Shown here piece by piece: positions 53,467 through 64,000 of a DNA stretch of 64,000 nt. Origin of the DNA: Hyphochytrium catenoides (taxonomy: Eukaryota; Protista; Hyphochytriomycota); NCBI GenBank assembly GCA_900088475.1, contig FLMG01003335.1, forward strand, positions 1 to 64,000, in the 5' to 3' direction. Every line of letters begins with the position of its first letter. The first letter of the stretch is position 1. The position numbers and the translations under genes are program-made. A model generated the notes under the pieces. It searched no databases. It worked only from the letters and a program-made list of their open reading frames with translations, and was not told the DNA's origin.

Positions 53467-54344
53467 ATGGGAATGAGTGCGCTTGATATCCCTCTCGGTG
53501 ACAAGTATCCCCATGTTATCCCGGTCGTGGTAGAATCTATGCAGGTTAGCCAGTCATTTTCATCTGTACATATCGTGTAGTCTCATCGGCGAGGGTTCAC
53601 AGGGCTCAAGGGAGAAGTACGAGATGGATGGGGAGCTGCGAATGCTCAAGCAAAGGTAAGGAATCTGCTTTACACGTGTGACCGATTAATGTCTAACAAC
53701 AAATCTTCAGGAGAGTGATCCGCTCTGCAGTATTCTTCCCGCACAACTACGGCTTTATCCCCCAGACAAAGGTATTCAAGAGCTGCTGCAGAATCCTTGA
53801 ATCCTAAATCTTACGTCTGCCTTTTGCAACTCCAGCGACGACACGAGCAGGAGCCTTTGGACGTTATGATTATGGGTGGAGATCAGCTCATTCCTGGCTG
53901 TGTGGTAGATGTAAGGACGCAATCCAGATAAGGCCCACCTATACCGATGAAATGTTCACAAGGCCCTTCGCAGGTTCGGCCACTCGGGTATATCATCATG
54001 GAGGATGAAGAGGGTATTGAAGAGAAGCTGCTAGCAGTTGTAGATTCAGATCCGCGTTACAAGAACGTGACGAAACTCCGCGATGTTCCAGAGCATCTAT
54101 TAAGGGAGATCTCACACTTCTTTGAGACCTACCTTGCCCTTGAGAACAAGAAGTGGAGGAAAATTGGAGGCTGGAGAGGTAAGTGTAGAGCTTTGATGAG
54201 TCTTGACCTCTGTTAAGTGCTCTCTTTTCTGTAGGAACTGATGATGCCATTGAGCTCATTGAAGAAGCTCACCTCCGCTACGTCACCTACTCCCAGCAAG
54301 TTAACAGAAAGGATGAAGTACGTAGGTTTGCCACTCGGCGGTAG
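53467..54344 (+). CDS. Family I soluble inorganic pyrophosphatase-like protein with a degenerate active site
   Basis: PVVVESMQGSREKYE, FPHNYGFIPQT, EPLDV, VRPLGYIIMEDEEGIEEKLLAVVDSDPRY and LLREISHFFETY; five short introns. Confidence 0.9.
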
Positions 54345-55250
54345 ACAAAGAGTGAACGGTTAGGGAAGTAGATGGGCTTATTAGACGGAATCCTCAGTAG
54401 TTCTTATTTCGGGCTACACAGTAGTAAAATTTTTAAGCGTTGTAGCTACTCTCGACTTTCTCGCCCACACCGCCGCACAGTCAGTCATCATAGCGGGCTT
54501 CACCCTTCTTCTCTGCTAGTGCACTCGCTCATCTTTGCCCAAAACTCCCGTGACTTAGACGCCACTCTAGCTCAAGACCTAGAGTAGACCTTTCAACCAG
54601 TCAACCTAAGATCTAAGCTTCTTCCTTATCCAATCTTCTTGCGGGGAGCCGCCGTCATGCTGCCCTCTCATTATTATTTGAACAGTCAGCACACAGCATG
54701 TTGATTGTCTTTCTTCATTATCTTGCTGGTAGGCCAGTGCCGTCAGCCCTCCCCCAGGTGTTGCGCAGAAATAGTTCGGTGATGAGTGTGGTTTGTTGCG
54801 GTCAGAAGAGGGCTGCAGATAAGCTGCGTGTGGTCTGCCTGCAGAGCTCAGCGTCATGGTCGCAAGAGTCAGAGGAGGACGGCGACTGACGGAGTATTTC
54901 CTTGCTCAGAACGCATGCGGCACGGCCACGGGAGTTGTGGACTCTACCACTAGGTTGGCTGTTTGAGGTGAAACGCGATCGGCGTACCCTCTACTTCACA
55001 GGATTTACCGGCATCTGCTGATCAGCAGCTTATAGGGAGGCAGGATCAACAAAATCTGCCAGGATGAACACTGTGACTGCAATGCGTGCCCTGCAGAGCG
55101 CAGCGCGTAAGACAAGACCCTGCAGGAGTGACTTTGGGGTCCCAACTCTACTCAAAGCCACAAGGTTGGACTCCCCCTTTTACGTCTATCAAAGGGCAAC
55201 CTTATACTCATCTCGGTGGCTTCAGAAAAAATAGGTTGCGCGAAAGAGAA

Positions 55251-56557
55251 ATGTGGACAATCCGGTCCTTTCAAAGAGAACTTTCTACTGGTCGCAAGGC
55301 ACAGCTTGATGAGGAGATGAGCTATAAAAACAAGCGAGTTCTGATCTATGCAATGTCCATCATTATCGGGACTATAGGAGTCACGTATGCATCTGTGCCG
55401 CTGTACAAGGTTAGCCTCCTCCTTTGGAAGAGACCACATAGCCCCAGCTGACTCTGAAAGCAGGCGTTTTGTCAAGCAACAGGCTTCGGAGGGACTACCC
55501 AGGTTTGGTGGCTCTCTCTCTCGATATATTTGTACTTCCTTCTGCTCTCTCTCCTTTTGTCCTTCGTTCTCAACTACTCTCTCCCAACCAATCCTTGACA
55601 TGTCCCTACGTGCCCTTTTTAGCCATCCGAGTGTTTGTCTTGGTTCTTATAGATGGTTTGTACGGCTTGGAAGAGCCTCTCCTGCTCTATTGCTGCCTAC
55701 CTGGCAGCCTTTCTGGTATTGACGCTGCTCGCCCTCAGGCATATAGGCTTGAAAGACCTCATGTATCATAGTAGCGGCGCCCTAAGTATGTTTTCCCCCA
55801 GGTAGCAGATAGTGAAAAGGCCAAGAAGATTCGCCCGGTAGCGGGATCCAGAACGATCCGCGTCAGCTTCAACAGTGACGTTGCGGACACTTTACCCTGG
55901 CGGTTTAGGCCCCAACAGCGTGATGTCAAGGTCCGGCACCCAAAACACTTGACCGCTGGTCTTTCTCCACCCCGTCACACCTTTATGACTCTTCTTGCTT
56001 ATCACCCTAGGTAGTTCCTGGAGAGACAGCATTAGCGTTTTACACTGCAAGTAACCAGTCAAAAACCAACATTACGGGCGTGGCGACATACAATGTATTC
56101 CCAAGCAAAGCAGGGTACGTCTAAGGGCCGAGGAGAAAGGAGGATAAGCAGGTCTTAGACTTAAGAATGCTGTGGAAGGAAATTTTTAGGAAAGGGCAAC
56201 ATGCGTGGCTTTAGAGGGCTGTGCGGGTATGGACCGTTCGAGCGGGGATCCAGCGCAGGATAACTAGCAGGAGAAGCAGGAATCTCACAATGGCGACGGA
56301 AAGGCTAGCGAAGTGTTCTGACCTCCTCCTGGCTTTGCAGCTTATATTTCAATAAGATCCAGTGCTTCTGCTTTGAACAGCAGCGCCTGCGGGCAGGCGA
56401 GGAGGTGGATATGCCTGTTTTCTTCTTTATAGACCCGGAGTTTCTCGAGGATCCCGCCATGAATGGTGTGAACAACATCATGCTGTCTTATACTTTCTTC
56501 AAAACGGATGAGGACACAGAAGGGCTAGCTGAGGAGGAGGCGGAGAATGCAGCCTGA
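55251..56557 (+). CDS. COX11: Cytochrome c oxidase copper chaperone COX11 (true start may be 55064)
   Basis: YASVPLYKAFCQATGFGGT, LPWRFRPQQ, PGETALAFY, YFNKIQCFCFEQQRL and DMPVFFFIDPEF. Confidence 0.97.
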
Positions 56558-56702
56558 AGATTGATCTCATTTGTAAACTTTGCGGGGTGCTACTATTTAG
56601 CTCTTAAATACAGGCAATGCCAGTTATTGATAGTGCAAGTTAGCCTGAATCACCAGGCTTCTGCAAGTCCAATATCATTGCCCTTGTACCTATTTAGGAA
56701 CC

Positions 56703-59700
56703 CTAGAACGGACGATATTGACGGTTGTGACAATCCGCTTTGACTTCTTCTTCATCCAGTGCTGCCGCTCCATGAATTTCCACCTATTTTACAGGGAAGC
56801 GTCAGCGCACGGCCGTCCGAGTCTATTTGTCTGTTTACCGACGTCAACCCTTCGCTACTGAAACTCTTTCGCCTATTAAATAGCACGTCACTTAGAAGTA
56901 GCAATACCTGTTGGGATCCTCTGGTATGAGATCGTTCTTAATACCCCGATCTTCACATCTGGCTCTCAGCCGTTTGACATGCTTCTCCTTAACCTCGAGG
57001 CCCTGATCCTTCATCATCTGGTTTGGCAAAATTAGAAGTAGCACTGGGCGCCCTGCATGAACTGGCAATCCCACCTGCAGAAGCTTGAAGGAGTCATCGA
57101 AGCGCCCAGCTTTGGCACAGGCATCCACCATCAGTCCGAACATATCAGCATCAGGTTCAATGGGTCCATTCTGTATAGCAGAAATTGGAAATGAGAGCCA
57201 CGAGAGAACATGAGGCCGCAAGAAGGACTCCATACGCTCAGAACTGAAAACGATAAGGAAAGAGGTGGTGCAGGCTTCGGACATCACTACTATAGCCAAA
57301 GAGAGAAGTTGTAGTTTCAAGGCAGTAAGCTGCACTCCAAGGGCGCAATAGGCATGTAGAGCCTCCGGTTCACAGGGGCATCTTCTTACCTTCGCAAGCG
57401 ACAGGAGAAGGTCTTTCGCAATTCCACCCTTACCCGCTCTGATGTACATCTTCATGAGTGACCGGAACGTATGGATCGTAGGCTCAATGTCGTGCTCATC
57501 GAACCTAGGAGCAACATAAGCGATTAGTGTGTATGTTACAATAAGGTCATTTGAGAAGGGTCCTCGCTCCTCATGGTCCACGACCCACGCGGCTTCCTTG
57601 GCAAGTAAGACAGTCCTTTGCGCAGGGCTTGATCTGCGGAACTATCCCACAAGACTATGGAGGTCATCCTCATATTTACAAGTGCATCTAGCTACAGTGT
57701 CATCTTGTTTCCAAATTGCTAGAACCCTCCTTCAGAAGTGTCTGCCCGATATCCCTAGCCCTTGAGAACATAAGAACATAACTCTCACAGCTGTTTCTTA
57801 CAGTGAAAGAACAGCTTTGGCTTTGTCAATCTCCACCGCTTCGGCGAAAACGTTCAGAAAACTGTTCAAAGAGGCCGACGAAACAGGGACATCACTCTCT
57901 TGAAGGTCTGCGAAAATGGCCTCTGCCTCACCCAAGAGCCGCTCCTTCAACTCCTCCTTTGTCTCTTCGACATGCGGCGAGAAAACCAGCGCTACGGAAG
58001 ACGAAGTTAATGTCGATCTTAGATTGATGGCAGTGTGCTATAGCAGGCGAAGAAGGCAATAAGAGAGGGGCCCTGCTTTGAGAGATAACGCAATAGTAGT
58101 GGTCATGGCACAGACAAGGGCATGAACAGAAAGGGGAAAACATACAAATGGATGACACCAAAGCCACTGACAAACGGGAATCCGACGTACACAAAAGAAA
58201 AAGGTCAACGCGGAGGTAGACGAAGGAGACATGACAGTTGAGTTTAGCGACTGACGGTATTGCTTTACCGTCAGAAATGCGCTTCGCTTCCGCTGTAGCT
58301 CGGTGGACAAGCTCCTCCGCTTTGTGCAGACCCCTTCGACCGTAAACATCCAAGACGACATCAAGTGCTTCTCGCTCCAAAAGCTCCTTTGTCCTGACCT
58401 CTTTTGATCTCTCCTCGTGTTCTTTTTCATCTGGATCTCGCTCTGCTAACCCCTCAAGTTCCTCCTCAAGTCGTTCCAACTCTTCGTCATCGTCGTCGTG
58501 AAAGAGCCCCTTGCTAGACCTCCTGGACTGGAACTCTGTGGAGCGTAAGGGAGCGTTCTTCGTCCGCTCGTACCTTTCGAGTGTATCGCGTGGATCTGCA
58601 CCCCTCGACCGGTACCATATTACAAGGAGATGGTCAAGATCAGTCTGAGAGGTCTTTTGACTGGAGAAAGATGGCAAAGACTAAAATGACACAACCTTTG
58701 CTTTGGCATAATGTCGAAAGCAACAGCTATTGCGAAACTGGAGGGAAGACAGAAGGAGAACGCGAGGGTTACAAACCAACGTGTCATTGGCAGACACTAA
58801 GACTGTAACGGTGCAGGTACACTAAGACTGTAACGGTGCAGGTGACACTAGGTAACTAGAAGGCTAAGTAACATACCGTTGAGAACTACGGGCAAATACT
58901 CTGTCTCCTTGATCAGGCTGACACCCGCATCCTTCTTCTTACCCAGCCACTTGTGAGCGGAGAGAGCCTTTGCATAAGTGTTTAAGAGAGAAGAGAATGT
59001 GTGCTCTTCTGGTTCGTGGCCTTCATCCCTCATTTTCATGAAGGTCTTCACTGCACTCTCCACATCTCCGGTCTGCACGCAGCTCTGAAGCAGGATATTA
59101 TAGCTTACAGTGTCGGGCTCATAGCCTGCCACCTTCATCCGCTGGTGCCTGGTAGTTACAAGGCATAGGAAAGTATCAGTGGAATGGAGACAAGGACCAT
59201 AGATCATCGACGTGAGGAGAGAACCAATCAGGGCAATACGAACCACACGGTAGTCAGCTTCTGATAACCCGTAGAACGTGCACACGCCGTCATCATTGTG
59301 AGGAAAGTTTTCCTATCTGGTTCTATGCCCTTCTGTTGCATCTCTTCCATAAGATTGTTGGCTCGCTCAACCTGCTCGCAACGCATTATAAGGTACCGTG
59401 AGCAGTGAATTATCCGCAACGCCCTTGTACCTCTCCTCCCCACACCATGCCATATGTTAAGTCTCTTCTGCATATGTTATGACCATTGAGACGGCTCGTC
59501 AATGCACACTACCCCACCCGCTAGGAAGGGAGACCAGCAAAATATCGTCAGCCGGCCCTTCCTGCCATTTCTACTAACCCTCCCCTAGCACTGTCACCGC
59601 GAGGCAGCTTTACTGGGCTTGGCTCTGAACTACTTGCACGAAATTGATACCCTTCCTCTTTCGTCGTCAAAGCAATGCCTTTCCCAGTTCGCACCATATT

Positions 59701-61399
59701 GGTCTTGGCGCAAGCCTTCATCATCGTAGTATAAAGCTGCAGATCTGGTTCTGCATACTCTTTCCTCATCTGTTCATAAAGCTTCCAAGCCATGTCTATC
59801 TTTCCTCGCCTGTATGGATAGGATACCGTCAGGGAATGCGTTCTCAACAAACAGATACATACAAACAATTGGGCCTCATAGGGATGAGCCTGCTAGACAA
59901 TTCCGGTCACTGTTTGGAGAAAACTGAAACCCAGATGCGTATAAGTAAACGAGACAGGCTAGCAACTAGGACCAAGGCTTCCAGTGACATTACTAGAGAA
60001 AGACATGGAGAGACATGAGCGAAGCCGGCCCTCAGGCTATCGGCCAATCGCTCTAGAGCAGGACCTGAAGTCAAGAACGGGAAGCGGGCCACACTAGGAG
60101 AGGAGGGTAGTGGAGAGACAGATAGAAGACAGAGTTTTAGCACTTACTCTATACATCCATCAATGAGGGGATTGAACACTCTAACACCGGGTCTTGCTCC
60201 TTGCTCCCTACAGTTCAAGTATCATAGAGCGGAAAATAAGACAGCTAGCTGAGGAGTATAACAGTCCATAGGAGTCCTACATTAGAGCGTTGATCAGCTG
60301 GAAGGCTTTATCAAGTCGATTAGCGCGAACGTAGCAATGCATCATTAGGCTATTCATCACGTCCCCAGCCTCCACACCCTGGCCTTCAGCCCGTGCGACG
60401 ACCTCAAGCGACTTGTCGATGTTTCTGTCCAAGGGAGGTTACCACGACGATAAGGCTTAGGTACGTAAGCATAGTGGGCAGTAATGTGGACCTGTCGCTT
60501 ACCCTTTCCATGCATAGTAGCGCAGGATCCTTGCATACACTTCCTCTCCAGGCTCCATATATTTGCTTGTTTCAATGGACCGAACTGTTTTCCAAGCATC
60601 TGTTTCCTATAAGAGGGTAGTGGACATGACACGCTCAGCTATAACATAGTGCCTACTAGGTGCCTTCCTGCAGGCTCATGCGCTGGAAAAAAGCTATGCA
60701 GTTCGAAGATCGCCCTACCATATCAAGCTCCAACTGCATTCGTAACAGTTGCAGCAACGACTCCAGATTCCGTCGCCTAATTCCTTTCTTTAACTCTTCC
60801 TCCATCTGAAGCACGTCTGCCTTTGTAAACTGCATCCCAGGAAAAGGGCGGTTAGGGGAACGGTCGAAGGCTGTAGTCGACGGAGAGCACTATCGAAGAT
60901 CTAATCGACCAAAGTGTACCTGAAAAGCTTCCGGTCGAGTTTGGAGGTCTCCCAAAATGTCTTCAGCAGAACTTTCCATAAGGTAACTAAAGACCCTATC
61001 TATCTTGCCCTCGAGACGAGACTCTTCAGGACCAGCACTCTCTTTGGTTTCCTCGACGACGGCCAGCTCCGACGTCATCCATGAGGGCTTCAGAGCGACT
61101 TTGGGAGGTTGAGCTTTGAGCTGACAGACCAACACATTAGTAAACAGCAACCCGTAGTATTAAGCCGGTAATAAACTGACCTTTTCACGTCTTCTTCTGA
61201 GCTGCTTTTTGCTCGGACCTGTCACCTTGGCTAGCAAGGCACTTACTCCACCTCTGCGCTTCAGCATCGGCTCAGTAACGTGAACAAACGAACGCCGATG
61301 CAAGTCGACTGATCTCCAGGCGGAACCTGGGCATAACGAGCTTGGACCGGCAAGGAGCAGTTGCCTACTCAAGACTGCTAAGGACGTCGCACGCTTCAT
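56703..61399 (-). CDS. Pentatricopeptide-repeat (PPR) protein, probably mitochondrial
   Basis: Presequence-like MKRATSLAVLSRQLL..RRSF, then PPR motifs PDLQLYTTMMKACAK, GIEPDRKTFLTMMTACAR, GYEPDTVSYNILLQSCVQTGD, PTIHTFRSLMKMY and PDADMFGLMVDACAKAG. Confidence 0.92.
58794..58848. repeat. 25-bp intronic tandem duplication
   Basis: acactaagactgtaacggtgcaggt x2, then acacta. Confidence 0.92.
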
Positions 61400-62271
61400 C
61401 TTCTTCTGTGTTTGCCGCTCCGCTCCTGATACGTCCTCTGAATAAGTTACTGTGGCAGCGGACCCACTGCGCCTCCGCGTGCTTGACCGAGGTGCCCTAA
61501 AGGTCTGTGGCTTCTCCTCCTTTTGTTTCCTGAGCTATCGCTAAAGCTCTACCGGGACGAGCGAGGTGCCATTGTTCCGAAGCTCAAGCTTCATTCTGTC
61601 TCTTCATCACGGATGCACGGCGTTACATCTCATCCAACCCTTTCTCTGCTCTGTCTAAAGCAGAGGAAGTCCCTACTTCTGACTTCTGACCTCCAGTTGT
61701 CCCTTCTGATGATGATTCTTAAGAGAAAACAGATTAATCTATTTCTAGTAACTAAATACCATGTCTGATTACTGATGGCCAATGTGGAGCGTTTCTAGAA
61801 TGCATGGAACTGTGGGAAATGTACCTTCTGAGCTCAGGAATACCTAACTCTAGCCCATTGGCCCGTGGGTTATAGCAATTTCTGAGCCATCAACGAACAT
61901 CAGAAGAAGGGAGCAGAAAGACGAGGCGAAAGGGTGATCAGAAGGTCCCTCTAATCTCTCAGAATGCCCTCAGCAGGCGATCTTCAGATCCTCCTTATCA
62001 AGCTGAGCACACTGCTGGCACCTCGGCAGGCGGTGCACCTTCGTCTTGGCACAAAGCACAGGCACACTCGGCCTCATGCCCGATGTTCTCCCTCCGACAC
62101 GCCTCTCAAACCAAAAGAGCTCTGGTTGAAAGAAGAGAGAACGAGCACCGCCACTTAGTGGGAGACCTGCACTTCCCTTTCTCCACGCCGCTTTTATCAG
62201 TAGATCCCAACCTCATCTACGGAGATTGATAGTGACGTTAAGGAGCTACTGGTCCCATAGGACATCGAACC

Positions 62272-64000
62272 ATGCTATCTGCAGTAAAGAACCCTGTGAA
62301 GAGGGCCCTGCCATCAGTAGCAGCACTGTGGAAGCCCAATCGCGTCTCACTGTTGGCGATTCCAAGACGTTTAGCTCCACCTCTTGTACGCCCGGTGACC
62401 TCAAAGCTTGCCCTGCACGGAAGTACTGTCCTCAGAGCTGCTTCTGCGTCACAAGGATGGAGAGGCTTTGCTAATCAAGCACCTCAAGGCCAGGCGTGGG
62501 TCAATCCTGAGAATGTCCCTGCAGGAGAAAGCTTGACGAAGTACGGTAGAGATCTGACTGCTGTTGCTAAGGGTAAGCAATATTAAACTGTCTTGTAACC
62601 CATCCTTTATCTGACTTCTTGTAATGCAGACGGCAAACTCGACCCTGTCATTGGTCGTGAGGAGGAGATTCGGCGAACTATTCAGGTGTTGAGTAGGAGA
62701 ACAAAGAATAATCCAGGTAACGAACAGAGGTGAGGTATTAATGCAGCGGGTAGCATCTAACTCTCTCCATTCCTCTCTGTCATATTCCAGTCTTGATTGG
62801 TGAGCCAGGCGTGGGAAAGACAGCAATGTAAGTCTTGACTTGGTGAGGACTTGCTGGCAACAAGGAAACTAATCCATGTATCTTTCTCCTCTCTATCTTG
62901 AAGCGCCGAGGGTCTGGCGCAGCGGATTGCGGCTGGAGAAGTCCCTGAAAGCATGAAGAAGATGCGGGTAGTTGCATTGGATATGGCGCAGCTAGTAGCT
63001 GGTGCGAAGTTTCGAGGCGAGTTTGAAGAGAGACTGAAGGCTGTTCTTAAGGACGTGGAGGAATCCAACGGTGAGGTCATCCTCTTCATTGACGAGCTCC
63101 ATACGCTGGTAGGGGCAGGAGCGGCCGAGGGGTCTGTGGATGCCTCCAACATGCTCAAGCCAGCTTTGGCAAGAGGCACACTGCGTTGTATGGGAGCCAC
63201 TACCTTAGACGAGTATAGAAAGTACATAGAGAAGGACGCAGCGCTTGCGCGACGATTCCAGCCTGTCCTTGTAAGCGAGCCAGGTGTTGATGACACCGTG
63301 ACCATCTTGCGAGGGCTCAAGGAGAAATATGAAGTGCATCACGGTGTGCGGATCACAGATGGAGCTTTGGTAACGGCAGCCACCCTTGCCAATCGGTATC
63401 TGACAGAGAGAAAGATGCCCGATAAGGCCATAGATCTCATTGACGAAGCTGCATCCCGCTTGAGACTGCAGCAAGAGAGCAAGCCCGAGCCTATTGACAA
63501 ACTGGAAAGAGAGATCATAATGCGCAAGATAGAGATAGAAGCGCTCAGAAAGGAAACTGACCAGGCTTCGAAGAAGAGGATGGAACACCTCGATGAGCAG
63601 GTGAGATTGCTCCAGAAAGAAGTAGATGCCCTTACGGAGACTTGGAAGAAAGAGAAAGAGTACCTGCAAGAGATGAAGCAAGCTAAGGAAAAGTTAGAGG
63701 AAGCGAGAAGAGAACTTGTCTTGGCTCAACAGAGAGGGGACTACGCTCGCGCAGGAGAAATCCTCCACGGGGAGATCCCACGGCTGGAGCGCTTAGCAGA
63801 GGCCGCCGCTAGTCAAGAGGACGGACCGACGAATAAACCGCTCTTAAATGACGCGGTGACGTCCGACCACATCGCAGAGGTCGTTGCCAGAGCAAGCGGC
63901 ATTCCCGTATCTAACCTGATGGAAGGAGAAAAACAAAAACTCTTGAACATGGAAAAGCAACTTTCTGAGAGAGTTATCGGCCAACCCGAGGCAGTCACGG
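62272..64000 (+). CDS. HSP78: Mitochondrial ClpB/Hsp78 disaggregase (5' part; runs off the window)
   Basis: Basic presequence with no Clp-N domain; [40 protein letters not shown] and [12 protein letters not shown], followed by the M-domain coiled coil. Confidence 0.96.

Noticed and set aside
62449-63998. Minus-strand ORFs over HSP78 (likewise those opposite RPL18)
   Set aside because: Antisense shadows of conserved genes.
36189-64000. Reassignment of TAG to Gln
   Set aside because: The ~365-codon Hsp78 exon and the MetRS, katanin and RPL18 exons read contain no TAG, and seven genes terminate at TAG.

Overview
Gene-dense, intron-rich eukaryotic nuclear DNA with GT-AG spliceosomal introns. 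It is most likely a stramenopile/ochrophyte, inferred from the RPL18 C-terminal insert, the MetRS type and the tetraspanin type. In order, the window holds: a decayed CACTA/En-Spm transposon (CACTG end plus subterminal repeats, ~50-6500); a CASTOR-like ACT protein (+); SGTA/Sgt2 (+); SPT3 (-); RPL18 (-); katanin p60 (+); a tetraspanin (+); an IQM-family protein (-); a CTFxP-repeat coiled-coil protein (-); a MORN-repeat gene with an in-frame TAG (+); a multiply disrupted secreted-protein pseudogene (-); an intronless PLAC8 gene (-); a GST-MetRS with a 365-aa histone-H1-like tail (-); a catalytically degenerate family I pyrophosphatase (+); and three mitochondrial genes, COX11 (+), a PPR protein (-) and Hsp78/ClpB (+, truncated by the window). 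The main leads are: (i) an apparent CAG>TAG (CpA>TpA) mutational signature, together with several decayed spliced genes lying between intact housekeeping genes; (ii) the MetRS with an SPKK-type basic tail; (iii) the pseudo-pyrophosphatase; (iv) a presequence-like ORF joined to COX11 by an AAA-TAG +1 junction. Exon structures were read by eye and outer coordinates are approximate where stated. No database searches were run.
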